From assembly GCA_963700145.1 (NCBI GenBank), contig OY969474.1:4832001-4896000 (forward strand): 64,000 nucleotides of DNA, given 5' to 3'. Made by a program: the position numbers and the translations under genes. The first letter of the stretch is position 1, and each line of letters starts with the position of its first letter. The stretch is from an uncultured Acidobacteriota bacterium. GTDB taxonomy: Bacteria > Acidobacteriota > Thermoanaerobaculia > Multivoradales > UBA5704. Shown here in pieces: positions 21,470 through 32,500 of the stretch. The notes beneath the pieces were generated by a model. The model did not search any database. It worked only from the letters and a program-made list of their open reading frames with translations, and was not told where the DNA came from.

Positions 21470-22464
21470 GAGTAGAAGCGGTAGCCGGCGGCGACCGCCT
21501 CGGCGTAGGCGGCGAGCACCCGCTCGCGGCCGGCGAAGGCGGCGACCAGCATGAGAAGCGTCGAGCGCGGCAGGTGGAAGTTGGTGAGGAGGACGTCCAC
21601 GGCGCGGAAGCGGAAGCCGGGGGTGATGAAGAGCTCGGTCGAGCCGGCGCCGGGCGCGACCTCGCCGCTCGCCGCGGCCACCGTTTCGAGCGCCCGCACG
21701 ACCGTCGTCCCCACGGCCACCACGCGCCGCCCCGCCGCGCGCGCCCGCCGCACGGCGTCCGCCGCGCCCTCGCCGATCTCCCAGCGCTCGCGCTCCATCC
21801 GGTGCTCGGCGGGCCGCTCGGCCGTGACTGGCTTGAAGGTGCCGGGGCCGACGTGCAGGGTGATCTCCGCCCGCTCGATCCCCGCCGCGGCGAGCGCCGC
21901 CAACAGCTCCGCGGAAAGGTGCAGCCCCGCGGTCGGCGCCGCCACCGCCCCCGGCCGGCGGGCGTAGACCGTCTGGTAGCGCTCGCGGTCCGCGGCCTCG
22001 TCGGCGCGCCGGATGTAGGGCGGCAGCGGCACGTGCCCCAGCCGCTCGAGGTGCGGCTCGATCGGCTCGGAGAAGCGGAGCCGCCGCCGGCCCGCGCCGC
22101 CGCGGCCGACGACCTCGGCGGTGAGCCCGGGCTCGAGCTCGAGCACCGTCCCCTCCCGAGCCTTCGCCGCCGGCCGCGCCAGCGCCTCCCACTCCGCCGT
22201 CTCGATCCGCTCGACGAGCAGCAACTCAATCGCGCCGCCGCCGGGGCGGCGGGCGAAGAGGCGGGCCGGGATCACCCGTGTGTCGTTGACGACCAGGAGG
22301 TCGCCGGCGCGCAGCAGCGCCGGCAGGTCGCGCACCCGGCGGTGGCGCTCAGGCCCCTCGCGGTCGAGCGCCAGGAGGCGGCTCGTGCCGCGCGGCAGCG
22401 GGCGCTGCGCGATGGCGCCCTCCGGCAGCGGGTAGTCGAAGTCGGCGGTCGAAAGCGGCTTCAA
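21430..22464 (-). CDS. queA: S-adenosylmethionine:tRNA ribosyltransferase-isomerase
   Basis: DFDYPLP, VVNDTRVIPARL, AAPTAGLH, TNFHLPRSTL and YRFYSYGDAM motifs; TTG start at 22464. Confidence 0.95.
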   Translation of the reverse strand: MKPLSTADFDYPLPEGAIAQRPLPRGTSRLLALDREGPERHRRVRDLPALLRAGDLLVVNDTRVIPARLFARRPGGGAIELLLVERIETAEWEALARPAAKAREGTVLELEPGLTAEVVGRGGAGRRRLRFSEPIEPHLERLGHVPLPPYIRRADEAADRERYQTVYARRPGAVAAPTAGLHLSAELLAALAAAGIERAEITLHVGPGTFKPVTAERPAEHRMERERWEIGEGAADAVRRARAAGRRVVAVGTTVVRALETVAAASGEVAPGAGSTELFITPGFRFRAVDVLLTNFHLPRSTLLMLVAAFAGRERVLAAYAEAVAAGYRFYSYGDAMLAERRMR

Positions 22465-23432
22465 GCGAGCGATCGCGGGTCGAGAACGTCGCGCAGGCGG
22501 TCGCCCAGGACGTTCAGGCCGATCACCGTCGCCGCGATCGCCGCGCCGGGGAAGGCCGAGAGCCACCAGGCGGTGGTCAGCACGTCGCGCCCCTCGGCCA
22601 CCATGTTGCCCCAGCTCGGGGTCGGCGGCTGGATGCCGATGCCGAGGAAGGAGAGCGCCGACTCGACGAGGATCACCTGGCCGGCGAGCAGCGCGCCGCG
22701 CACCAGCACGGGCGGCAGCGCGCCGGGCAGGAGGTGGCGGCGGAGGATGACCGCCGGCCGCTGGCCGATGCCGCGCGCCGCCAGCACGAAATCGCGGCCG
22801 CGCAGCCCCAGGACCTCGCCGCGCACCAGGCGGCTGATGTCCATCCAGGCGGTGCCGCCGAGGATCAGCACCAGCAGCGCGGGCCCCGGCCGGAAGAGCG
22901 ACGACACCGCCAGCAGGAGGAAGAGCCAGGGGAAGGCGAGGAGCGCGTCGACGGCGCGCATGAGGACGGCGTCGAGCCAGGGGCCGCCGGTCGCCGCGGA
23001 CGCCCCCACCGCGATCCCCAGCGTCGTCGCCAGCAGCACCGCCAGCAGCCCGATCGCCAGCGACACCCGCGCGCCGTGGAGCAGGCGCGAGAGGACGTCG
23101 CGCGAGAAGCGGTCGGAGCCGAGGAGGAAGACGCGGCGGTCGGCGACGCCGTCCTGGCTCCGGTTCCGGACCTTCGCCGCCGCCAGGTGCTCCACCCGCC
23201 CCAGGCGCTCGACGCGCAGCCCCTCCGGCGTCCACTCCACCCGCTCGGCGAGCCACCAGCGGCCGTCGTCGAGCCGGATCGCCGCCATCACCGTCCCCGG
23301 CGGGCGCAGGCGGCCGGCCACCGGATCGAGCTGCTCGGCCGGGTCGTAGGGAGCGAGGAGCGGCGCCGCCCCGGCGAGGAGGAGCAGGGCCGCCGCGGCC
23401 CCGGCCGCGAGGCGGAAGGGCGCCTCAGGCAC
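22461..23432 (-). CDS. Peptide/nickel ABC transporter permease (OppC/DppC-like)
   Basis: LGSDRFSRDVLSRL and ESALSFLGIGIQPPTPSWG motifs. Confidence 0.9.
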   Translation of the reverse strand: MPEAPFRLAAGAAAALLLLAGAAPLLAPYDPAEQLDPVAGRLRPPGTVMAAIRLDDGRWWLAERVEWTPEGLRVERLGRVEHLAAAKVRNRSQDGVADRRVFLLGSDRFSRDVLSRLLHGARVSLAIGLLAVLLATTLGIAVGASAATGGPWLDAVLMRAVDALLAFPWLFLLLAVSSLFRPGPALLVLILGGTAWMDISRLVRGEVLGLRGRDFVLAARGIGQRPAVILRRHLLPGALPPVLVRGALLAGQVILVESALSFLGIGIQPPTPSWGNMVAEGRDVLTTAWWLSAFPGAAIAATVIGLNVLGDRLRDVLDPRSLA

Positions 23433-24393
23433 CGCGCACCTTGGGGTCGAGCGCCCCGTGCGCCAGGTCGGCGGCCAGGGTACCGGCGATGACCAGCGCC
23501 GCCGAGAGCGCGGTCACGCCGAGGACCAGCGGGTAGTCGCGGGTCAGCACGGCGTCGAAGCCGGCGCGGCCGATGCCCGGCAGCGAGAAGACCACTTCGG
23601 TGACCAGCGAGCCGCTGAGCAGCGCCGGCAGCGAGATGGCGAGGACCTGCACCACCGGCACCGCGGCGTTGCGCAGCGCGTGCACCCAGAGGACGCGCCG
23701 CTCCGGCACGCCGGCGGCGCGGGCCGTGCGCACGTAGTCCTGTCCCAACACCTCGAGCAGCCCGTTGCGCACGAAGCGCGCGGTGGCCGCGGCGAACCAG
23801 AGGCCGAGGACGAGCGACGGCAGGACGAGGTGCCGCGCGATGTCGAGGAGCCGCGCCGGCGCCGGCAGCGCCTCCGCCCCGACCGATCGCAGGTGGCCCG
23901 CCGGCAGCACCGGCCAGACGTGGCTGAAGAGAAGGATCGCCATCAGGCCGAGCCAGAAGCCGGGGAGGGAGTAGACGAGGAGCGAAGCCCAGCGGATCAG
24001 GTGGTCGGCCGCCCGCCCGCGCCGGCGCGCCGCGGCGATCCCGAGGGCGAGGCCCACGACCGCGTCGATCGCGAAGGCGACGCCGGCGAGGAGGAGCGTC
24101 GCCGGGAGCGCCTCCGCCAGGACGGTGCGCACCGGCCGCTTGTGGACGAGCGAGACCCCGAAGTCGCCGCGCAGCGCCACCGCCTCCAGCCAGGCCGCGT
24201 ACTGCTCGGAGAGCGGCCGGTCGAGCCCCCAGAGGGCGCGCAGGCGCTCGCGCTGCGCGCGCGGCATGCGGTCTTCCGTCAGCAGGTCGCCGGGATCGCC
24301 CGGCGCGGCGTGGATGAGGAAGAAGACGGCGGAGAGGACGAGGAAGAGCAGGAGAGCGGCGGCGGCCAGGCGCCGGGCGAGGAACCGGAGCAT
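23425..24393 (-). CDS. Peptide/nickel ABC transporter permease (OppB/DppB-like)
   Basis: APGDP, DYVRTARAAG...HALRNA, EVVFSLPGIG and RDYP motifs. Confidence 0.9.
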   Translation of the reverse strand: MLRFLARRLAAAALLLFLVLSAVFFLIHAAPGDPGDLLTEDRMPRAQRERLRALWGLDRPLSEQYAAWLEAVALRGDFGVSLVHKRPVRTVLAEALPATLLLAGVAFAIDAVVGLALGIAAARRRGRAADHLIRWASLLVYSLPGFWLGLMAILLFSHVWPVLPAGHLRSVGAEALPAPARLLDIARHLVLPSLVLGLWFAAATARFVRNGLLEVLGQDYVRTARAAGVPERRVLWVHALRNAAVPVVQVLAISLPALLSGSLVTEVVFSLPGIGRAGFDAVLTRDYPLVLGVTALSAALVIAGTLAADLAHGALDPKVRGA

Positions 24394-24402
24394 GGCCGGC
24401 CC

Positions 24403-26091
24403 TCAGGAGGCCGGGGCCATCCACCACTCCTCGAGGTCGAACAGGGAGAAGAGGATGTTGGATTGGATGTTCTGGAGCCGCCGGCTGGCGCCGTGGAGAC
24501 GCTGCGACTCCCAGAGGTAGGTGAAGGGCTGGTCGCGGTGCAGGATCTCCTGCAGCTCGTAGAGCTGCGGCCGCGCCTTCAGGATGTCCGGCGTCCGCCG
24601 GATCGTCTCGATCAACCGGTCCACCTCGGGGTTGCGGTAGCGGGCGAAGTTGTTGCCTTCGCCGATCGAGCGGCTGTGGAAGACCGAGTGGAGGTCGAGG
24701 CTGGTGTCCATGCCGAAGCCGAACAGCGCCGCGTCGAAGGAGCCGTCGTCGAGCTGCTCGGAGAGAGCGTTGACCTCGAGCACCTGCGGCTCGACCTCGA
24801 CGCCGATGCGGCGGAGCTGCTCCTGGATCATCACCGTGGCGTCGGTCCGCTGCTGGTTGCCGCTGTTGGTCACCAGCTCGAAGGCGAAGGGCTTGCCGTC
24901 CTTGTCGAGCACGCCGTCGCCGTCGCTGTCGCGCCAGCCGTGCCTCGCGAGGAGCTGTTTGGCCTGCTGCGGGTCGTAGGGCAGCGGCTGCAGGCGCGGG
25001 TGGTGCGCCCACACATGGGTGATGATCGGCGAGGAGCCGATCCGCGCCAGCTCCCCCCAGAGGCTGTCGACGATCGTCCGGCGGTCGATGCCCATCGCCA
25101 GCGCCCGGCGCACCTCGGGGTCGGCGAAGCGCGGGTCGTCGTTGTTCCAGGCGACGAAGACGAAGAGCTTGAACCAGTAGGCGACGAGCTGGAGGTCGGG
25201 GTCGGCGCGCACGGCCGGCACGTCGGTGGCGGAGAGGTTGTTCGTGAAGTGGACTTCGCCGTTGCGCAGCATGGCGAGCAAGGCGCTCTGGTCGGGCACC
25301 ACGCGCAGGACCACCCGATCGAGATGGGGGAGCGCGGGGTCGTAGAAGCGCGGGTTGCGCACCAGCACGACCTCCTGCTGCGGCGTCCACGCCCGGAGGA
25401 GGAAAGGGCCGTTCGTCACCAGGTGCTCGCGGAACCAGTCGGCGCCCTGCTGCCACTCCGCGAAGGGCAGCTTCTCCCAGGCGTGCTTGGGCAGGATCAC
25501 GCCTTCGTTGGCGTCGAGGAGCTGCTTGCCGTAGGCCTCGCGGAAGTGGAAGCGCACGGTGTGCGGATTCACCACCTCGACGTCGGTGATCCCCTCCTTG
25601 CTCGCCGAGTCCCCCCAGCCGACGGCGGGATGGGTCTGCGCCTGCCAGGTCCAGCGCACGTCCTCGGCGGTGACCGGCACGCCGTCGCTCCACACGACAT
25701 CGTCGCGCAGATGGAAAGTCAGGGTCCGGCGGTCGGGGGAGAACTCCCAGCGCTCGGCGAGCTGCGGCTCGAAGGTCGGCGGGTGCTCGTCGAAGTCGCC
25801 CTGCTCCTGCACCAGATGGAGGAAGATCTGGAAGAGGACTTCGTCGTTGACGTTGCTCGCCGGGACGATCAGCTCGTTGACCGCGGAGATGTCCGAGCCC
25901 CAGCCGATGACCGCGGTGCCGCCGCGCACCGGCCGCGCGGCCGCGGGCGGGGCGCCGTCGATCCCGGCGGGGGTGCCCTCGCCGCCCTCCCGCGGCCGGC
26001 AGCCGCCGATGCCCAGCCCGGCGCCGGCCAGGCAGGCGGCGAGCGCCACCGCGAGCGGCCACGGCGGGAGGCGGCAAAGGGGCGGGCGCAT
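24403..26091 (-). CDS. ABC transporter substrate-binding lipoprotein, family 5
   Basis: Lipobox-like IGGC, FHLRDDVVWSDGVPVTAEDV, TNGPF and DPEVRRAL motifs. Confidence 0.9.
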   Translation of the reverse strand: MRPPLCRLPPWPLAVALAACLAGAGLGIGGCRPREGGEGTPAGIDGAPPAAARPVRGGTAVIGWGSDISAVNELIVPASNVNDEVLFQIFLHLVQEQGDFDEHPPTFEPQLAERWEFSPDRRTLTFHLRDDVVWSDGVPVTAEDVRWTWQAQTHPAVGWGDSASKEGITDVEVVNPHTVRFHFREAYGKQLLDANEGVILPKHAWEKLPFAEWQQGADWFREHLVTNGPFLLRAWTPQQEVVLVRNPRFYDPALPHLDRVVLRVVPDQSALLAMLRNGEVHFTNNLSATDVPAVRADPDLQLVAYWFKLFVFVAWNNDDPRFADPEVRRALAMGIDRRTIVDSLWGELARIGSSPIITHVWAHHPRLQPLPYDPQQAKQLLARHGWRDSDGDGVLDKDGKPFAFELVTNSGNQQRTDATVMIQEQLRRIGVEVEPQVLEVNALSEQLDDGSFDAALFGFGMDTSLDLHSVFHSRSIGEGNNFARYRNPEVDRLIETIRRTPDILKARPQLYELQEILHRDQPFTYLWESQRLHGASRRLQNIQSNILFSLFDLEEWWMAPAS

Positions 26092-26156
26092 GGGCGAGCG
26101 GTCATGGTAGCCGCGCACTCCGGCAGGGTCAAACCGAAAGCGGTTATCCTGCCTCC

Positions 26157-27602
26157 ATGCTCGCCGCGCCGGCCTCCGCGACCCGCCGCCGGCTGCTCGT
26201 CGGGCTGCTGCTCTTCGGGCTCTTCGTCCTCTTCGACATCGCGCTTTTCGGCTGGCTGATCTTCCGCTCGCTGTCGCAGCGGGAGATCGAGCGGGTGCTG
26301 CTCGAGACCCGCTCGGAGGCCGAGGGCCTGGCGCGGCAGATCGAGGAGCGCGCCGAGCGGCAGGGCAACGACCTCTTCACCGCCGTCGCCCTGGAGCGCG
26401 AGACCCAGACCTACATCGACTCCGTCCTCCGGCGGCGCGACATCGTGCGCACGGTCGAGATCCGCGACCGCCAGGGAACGCTGGTCTTCCGCATCACCAG
26501 CGAGTACCCCCTCCGCGTCGATCCGCCGGCGCAGTCCCTGCCGGGCGCGCCGGAGGTGCCGCTGCGCCTGCCGTCCAACCCCGACGTCTACGGCGGGCGC
26601 GAGGAGCGGCGCGAGGAGACGCGGCTGGAGTACTACGACGTGCCGCGCGTCGAGGTGCCGATCGGCAACCTCGGGCAGCTCGAGATCGGCATCAGCGACG
26701 CCGAGATCAGCCGGCGCACCGCGCTGCTGCGGCGCGACCTGGTGCGGCAGGCGGCCTGGATCGGCCTGGTGACCGTCGTCCTGCTGCTCACCGCCGCGGC
26801 GGCGCTCTGGCGCCTCCTGCGCCGCTCGCAGCGCGCCGAGGCGCGCGCGGCCGAGGCGGCGCGCATGGCCTACGTCGGCACCCTCGCCTCCGGCCTGGCG
26901 CACGAGATCCGCAACCCGCTCAACTCGCTCAACCTCAACATGCAGATGCTGGAGGAGGAGATCGCGGCGCACGGCCGGCCGCCGTCGGGGCCGCGCCTCC
27001 TGGCCATCACCCGCAGCGAGATCGGCCGCCTCGAGCGGCTGGTGAGCGACTTCCTGGCCTACGCCAAGCCGCGCCCGCTGGAGCCCCAGGACGTGCCGGC
27101 GGCCGAGGCGCTGGAGCGGGTGCGCGAGGTGCTGGCGGCGGAGGCGGCGCGGCGCGGCGTGCGGCTCGAGGTCGTGGACCTGGCAGGCGGCGCGCGCCTG
27201 CGCGCCGATCCGACGCAGCTCCACCAGGCGCTCTTGAACCTCGCCCGCAACGCGCTGACCGCCGCCGAGGAGGGGGCGCGCCCGCCGCGGGTCCGCCTCA
27301 CCGCCCTCCGCGAAGGCGACGATGTGCTCCTCGAGGTCGCGGACAGCGGCCCGGGCGTTCCGCCCGCCGAGCGGCCGCGGGTTTTCGATCTCTTCTACTC
27401 GACGCGCAAGGGCGGCACCGGGCTCGGGCTGGCGATCGTCGACCGCATCGTCAAGGCGCACGGCGGCCGGGTGACGGTGCGTAGCGAGCCGGGGGAGGGG
27501 GCGGTCTTCACGCTGGCGCTGCCGGCCGCCGCCGAAGGGCCGCAGCCCTCAGCCGCCCGCGAGGCGGAACAGCCGGGCGTGGCGGTCGGCGTAGATCTCT
27601 AG
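26157..27602 (+). CDS. Membrane sensor histidine kinase (NtrB-like; no adjacent regulator)
   Basis: Two TM segments, [20 protein letters not shown] and GGTGLGL motifs. Confidence 0.88.
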   Translation: MLAAPASATRRRLLVGLLLFGLFVLFDIALFGWLIFRSLSQREIERVLLETRSEAEGLARQIEERAERQGNDLFTAVALERETQTYIDSVLRRRDIVRTVEIRDRQGTLVFRITSEYPLRVDPPAQSLPGAPEVPLRLPSNPDVYGGREERREETRLEYYDVPRVEVPIGNLGQLEIGISDAEISRRTALLRRDLVRQAAWIGLVTVVLLLTAAAALWRLLRRSQRAEARAAEAARMAYVGTLASGLAHEIRNPLNSLNLNMQMLEEEIAAHGRPPSGPRLLAITRSEIGRLERLVSDFLAYAKPRPLEPQDVPAAEALERVREVLAAEAARRGVRLEVVDLAGGARLRADPTQLHQALLNLARNALTAAEEGARPPRVRLTALREGDDVLLEVADSGPGVPPAERPRVFDLFYSTRKGGTGLGLAIVDRIVKAHGGRVTVRSEPGEGAVFTLALPAAAEGPQPSAAREAEQPGVAVGVDL

Positions 27603-29504
27603 GAACAGCCGCCGGAAGGCGGGGTCGTCCGCGAGCCCGTAGTCCTTCGCACGCACCAGCAAGAGATGGTCGGCGCCGAGGGCGCGCAGCCGGGCGTGGA
27701 GCGCCGCCGGGTCGGCGAGGAGCGGCAGGACCTCCTGGAAGCCGTAGGGGCCGAACCAGTCGCCCAGGAAGCTCCCGCTGGCGAAATAGGCGTGGTTCTC
27801 GGCGTGCAGGGCGTAGACGGCGTAGCGCCGGCCGCAAGTCCGGTCGAGGAAACGGAGAGCGGGGTAGCCGGGGAGGGCGCGAGCCAGGTAGGCGTCGCGC
27901 GCCGCGACGGTCGCTGGCAGCGGTCCCTGGCGATCGAGGCGCCAGACCGCGTAGAGCCAACCCGGCAGGAGACAGAGGACCGTGAGGACGGCGACCGCCG
28001 CAGCCCGGCGCCGCTCGGCCAGGCGCGCGATGAGGGGCAGGAGCGAGAGCGCGGTCGCCAGGCTGACGAGCGGCAGGACCGGGACCAGGTAGCGCGCGTC
28101 CGGCGGCAGCAGCGGGAAGAGGGCGAGCCAGCCGGCGACCGGAACGAGGAGCCAGCGCACGCGGCGCTCGCGCAGGGCGCCGGCGGCGAGGACCGGCAGC
28201 GCCAGCAGGTAGAGCGGCGAGAAGGGGGGCTGGCGGCTGGTCAGCTCGCGCGTGAAGACCAGGTCCCAGGGGAGAAGCGGGAGCCGCGCCCACCGCCGCG
28301 CCAGCTCGCTCGGCGGCGCGTCGAACCCACGGTGGGCGGCCGGAATGACGCTCGCGTCCAAGCTCCAGGCGGACTCCCCGAAGACCTGCGGCAGCAGCGG
28401 GAAGAGCGGGTTGCCGGTGTGCGCCGCGATGCGGGCGTGGGTAGGGAGCAGGGCGGCGAGGGCGCAGGCCGCGACCAGCGCGGCCGCCCGCCAGCGCCGG
28501 CGCCGCGGCGCCAGCGCCAGCGCCCCCAGCACGGTCACCCCGACGAAGTAGAGCCCCTGGTACTTGACCGCCGCGGCGCTGCCGGCGAAGACGCCCGCCA
28601 GGGCGAGCCAGCCTCTGTGCGAGGTGCCGCGCCAGCGGTCGGCGGCGTAGAGGGCGGCGGCGACGAAGAGGGTGAGGAGCATCTCGACGTAGGCGGTGGC
28701 GGCGAGGTGGGCGACGATCGGGTTGCCGAGGAAGAGGCCGGCGGCGACGGCGCCGGCGGCGGGGGCGCCGGCGTGGCGTCCCCAGGCGAGGAGGAGGGCG
28801 GCGGTGAGGGCGGCGGCGAGGAGCTGGACGAGGTGGGTGGCGACGTCGCCGGCGAAGAGGAGGGCGATGGCGGAGAGGAGCTCGGCGAGGGCGGGGAAGA
28901 CGGGGAAGCGCAGGGTGGGGAGGAAGGGGAGGGCGCCGGATTGGGCGAAGGCACGGGCCATGGGGAGGTGGTAGGTGGTGGCGTCGAAGGCTGTGGGGGG
29001 GTAGAGGGCTAGGACGAAGAACGGCGCGGCGGCGGCGATGGCGGCGATTGCGAGGGTTGGCGCGAGGAGCCCGGCGGCTCTCCTCCGCCGGGAACCGGCG
29101 GGCGCTTTGTGGACTGCTGGATCTGAGGCGCCCGCCTGCGCTTCGCTGCGCGCGGGATCGGGTTCACCTACGGAGGGGATTGCCGGCGCTTGCGAAGAGC
29201 TTCCCGGCGGAGGAGAGCCGCCGGGCTCCTGGGACCGGGGGCGTTTCCTTACCCAGAAAAGAGCGGTGAGGAGGGCTGTGGCGGCGAGGAGTGGGAGCGG
29301 GGACAGACGGCCGACTAGGCCCAGGAAGAATGCGAGGTGGCCTATGAGGGCCAAGCCCAGTGTGGCGGCTAGGGCGTGGCGCTCTAGGCTGCTTATAGTC
29401 GGGAGGCGATGGGTTAGGGGGATGCCGGTGGCCCAGGCGGCGGTGGCTAGGCCTGCCAGGAAGAGGAGGTTGCGGGCTATGAAGGTGGCGGCCTCCGGGG
29501 TCAT
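27549..29504 (-). CDS. GT-C (ArnT/PMT-like) membrane glycosyltransferase carrying an in-frame repeat insertion
   Basis: Many TM segments, [31 protein letters not shown] and RYLVP motifs; start ATG at 29504. Confidence 0.72.
   Translation of the reverse strand: MTPEAATFIARNLLFLAGLATAAWATGIPLTHRLPTISSLERHALAATLGLALIGHLAFFLGLVGRLSPLPLLAATALLTALFWVRKRPRSQEPGGSPPPGSSSQAPAIPSVGEPDPARSEAQAGASDPAVHKAPAGSRRRRAAGLLAPTLAIAAIAAAAPFFVLALYPPTAFDATTYHLPMARAFAQSGALPFLPTLRFPVFPALAELLSAIALLFAGDVATHLVQLLAAALTAALLLAWGRHAGAPAAGAVAAGLFLGNPIVAHLAATAYVEMLLTLFVAAALYAADRWRGTSHRGWLALAGVFAGSAAAVKYQGLYFVGVTVLGALALAPRRRRWRAAALVAACALAALLPTHARIAAHTGNPLFPLLPQVFGESAWSLDASVIPAAHRGFDAPPSELARRWARLPLLPWDLVFTRELTSRQPPFSPLYLLALPVLAAGALRERRVRWLLVPVAGWLALFPLLPPDARYLVPVLPLVSLATALSLLPLIARLAERRRAAAVAVLTVLCLLPGWLYAVWRLDRQGPLPATVAARDAYLARALPGYPALRFLDRTCGRRYAVYALHAENHAYFASGSFLGDWFGPYGFQEVLPLLADPAALHARLRALGADHLLLVRAKDYGLADDPAFRRLFLEIYADRHARLFRLAGG
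29065..29230. mobile_element. 166-bp REPIN/MITE-like element with perfect 30-bp inverted arms, inside a CDS
   Basis: 29065-29094 (aggagcccggcggctctcctccgccgggaa) is the exact reverse complement of 29201-29230. Each arm is itself a hairpin. Confidence 0.75.
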
Positions 29505-29540
29505 GGGCGGCTCAGCATGCGGTAGCGATCTTTTCGGGGC

Positions 29541-29579
29541 ATACCATATGTTGTACCCGGCGCGGGCGTTTGCTATCCT
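29541..29579 (+). promoter_or_regulatory. Putative sigma70 promoter of smc with an overlapping NrdR-box-like site
   Basis: TTGTAC (29551-56), 17-bp spacer, TATCCT (29574-79) with TG extension. ataCcAtATgTtGta at 29541-55. Confidence 0.4.
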
Positions 29580-29597
29580 GCCGACCTCTTCGCCGTC

Positions 29598-32500
29598 ATG
29601 CTGAAACTCGACCTCCTCGAGCTGTCCGGCTTCAAGTCTTTCGTCGATCCGGTGCGCGTCCGGTTCGCCGGCGGGATCACCGCGATCGTCGGGCCCAACG
29701 GGTGCGGGAAGAGCAATCTCTCCGACGCCATGACGTGGGTGCTGGGCGAGCAGAGCGCCAAGAGCTTGCGCGGCGGCACGATGGAGGACGTCATCTTCAA
29801 CGGCGCCGAGCAGCGCAAGCCGCTCGGTATGGCCGAGGTCACTCTCCAGCTCAAGACCCACCCTGGCGCGGCCGGCTCCGAGGACGGCCGCATCGCCTTG
29901 GGCCGGCGGGTCTTCCGCGGCGGCGAGAGCCAGTACCGGCTGAACGGCCGCACCGTGCGGCTCAAGGACGTGCGCGACCTGCTGATGGACACGGGGCTCG
30001 GCATCCGCGCCTACTCGGTGATCGAGCAGGGGAAGATCGGGCTGATCCTCTCCGGCAAGCCGCAGGAGCGGCGCAAGCTCCTCGAAGAGGCCGCCGGCAT
30101 CACCCGCTACAAGGTGCGCAAGGGGCTCGCCGAGGTGAAGCTCGAGGAGGCGACCGCCAACCTCGTGCGGCTCGACGACATCATCGCCGAGGTCGAGCGC
30201 GCGCTGCGCTCGCTCAAGCGCCAGGCGGGCGCCGCGCGCCGCTACCAGCAGGCCGAAGGGGAGTACCGCGGCCTCCTCGAGCTGGTGCTGACCGGGCGTT
30301 GGGACGCGCTGGCTGCGCGCCTCGCCGCGGTGCGCGGGCAGATCGACGAGGCCGGCGCGCGCGAGGCCGAGCTGGCGGCCGCGCTCCACCGCGACGAGGC
30401 GGCGCTCGCCGCCGGCCGCGAGCGGCTCGACTCGATCGCCAGCGAGGTGGCGGCGCGCCACCAGCGGCAGGCCGACCTCGCGGCGCGGATCGAGGGCGGG
30501 CAGCAGTTCGTCAAGGCGAACCGCCAGACCGGGCAGGAGATCGCCGAGCGCGCCGCGCAGGCGCAGGCGCTCGCCGCGCGGCGGCGCGAGGAGCTGGCGC
30601 GGCTCGACGAGGCGCTCGCCGAGCTGGCGGCGGTGCGGCGCGACCTGGCCGCCGAGCGCGACACGGCCGCCGCGGCGGTCGACGCCGACCTCGCCGAGAT
30701 CGCCGCCGCCGACTCGGGGCTCAGCGAGGCGCAGGCGCGGCTGGAGGCGCGGCGCGCCGATCTCCTCGCCCGCACCGCCGAGACCAACGGCCTGCGCGGG
30801 CGCCTGCAGCAGACGCAGCTCGAGCTCGACCGCGGCGACTTCCGCCGCCACCATTTAGAACAGGAGCTGGGCCGGCAAGGGCAGGAGCTGGCGACCGCGA
30901 CCGAGGCGCTGGCCGCGGCGCGCGAGCGGACGGCGGCGCTGGAGGCCGACCTCGCCGAGCGCGCGGCCGCCCTCGACGGCGTCACCGCCGCCCTCGACAC
31001 GGCGATGCGGCGCGAGGCCGAGGCGACGACCACACGGCGCGAGCTGGAGGAACGCCTCTCGGCCGCGCGGCAGCGCCAAGCGATCCTCGGCGAGCTGTCC
31101 CGTGCCCACTCCGAGCGGCGGGCGGCGCTCGAGGAAGCGCTGCGCGAAGCCGGGATCGACTCTCCCGACTATCTCGCATCGCGCGCGCGAGCCCTCGAAG
31201 GCTGGGAGCGCGCCCTCGACTTCTACCTAGGCGCCCTGGCCGACGCCGTCATCCTCGCCCCCAACTCCTCGGCCCTCGACCTCGCCCGCACCCTAGCCGG
31301 CCGCGCCGCCGCCATCCTCATCGAGCCTCTTTGCACGTGGGACGGTGACGGGCCCGGGGGGCTCCCCTGCCGGGTAGCTCTTCGCAAGCGCCGGCAATCC
31401 CCCCCGCATCCGCCGCCGACGACCCTGCCGTCCTCCTCTCGCTCGGCCAAGCGCTCGGATTGCCGGAAGAGCTGGCGGCAGTTCTGCCGCCGGCCTACCT
31501 CGTCGAAGACCCCGCCGACGCCGAGCGCCTCGCCCGCGCCCACCCCGGCGCGGCCTTCCTCTCGCGCCACGGCGTCTGGGTCGCGGGCGGCACCTTCCAC
31601 GTCGAGGGCGAGGTCGTCACCCCCGGCGTCCTGGAGCGGCGGCGCGAGCTCGAAGGGCTCGACCGCGAGGTGCCGGACTTGGCCGCCCGCCTCGCCGCGG
31701 CCGCCGCGCGGCTGGAGGAGCTGGTCGCCGCCCGCGCCGCCCTCGCCGGCGACGCCAACCGCCTGCAGAGCGCGGTGGCGCAGCTGCGCCAGGAGCTGGC
31801 GGTGGCGAGCGCGCGCCACGAGGACGCCGCCCACCGCCACCGCCGCCTCGCCAACGAGACCGAGACCCTCGGCACCGAGCGCGAGGAGGTGGGGCGCGAG
31901 CTGGCGCGCACCGAGGCGCGCCGGGAAGGGCTGGCGCGCGACCTCGCCGAGGCCGAGCGCGCGCTCGTCTCCGCCGACGAGCGGCTCTCCGCCGCGCAGG
32001 CCGAGGTCGAGGCGGCCAAGGGCGGGCGCGAGAGCCTGCGCGCCGACAGCGCCGGCCGCAAGGGGCGGCTCGAGGTCCTCTCCGAGCGCCTGGCGGCGCA
32101 GGACCGGGAGGCGGCGCGGCTCGCCGCCGAGCTCGACGAGGGCCGGCGCCAGGTCGCCGCCTGGGACGACGAGGCGGCGCGCCTCACCGCCCGCCGCGCG
32201 CAGCTCGACGGCGAGATCGAGCGCGCCGAGCGCGACCTCCAGGAGTCGCTCGAGCTGCGGGTCGCGGCCGAGGAGGGGGTCCTCGCCGAGCAGGCACGGC
32301 TCGACGCCGAGCGCCAGGCGGTGCAGCTCCTGGACGAGCGGATCGCCGAGGAGCGCGAGCGGCGTGAGGGCGTGCGGCACGAGGTGGAGGAGCTGCGCGT
32401 CGACCGCGCCCGCCTGGAGCAGGACGCCGAGCACCTCCGCCTCACCTTCCACGAGGAGTTCGCGCGCGAGCTGCCGGCGGTCGAGGAGACCGGCGCGGGC

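Noticed and set aside
27549-30854. 1101-aa ORF and other long antisense or alternate-frame ORFs (e.g. 16222-19212, 20668-23349, 23458-26259, 57084-59816)
   Set aside because: These are stop-poor shadow frames typical of high-GC DNA. They overlap well-supported genes and have no motifs of their own.
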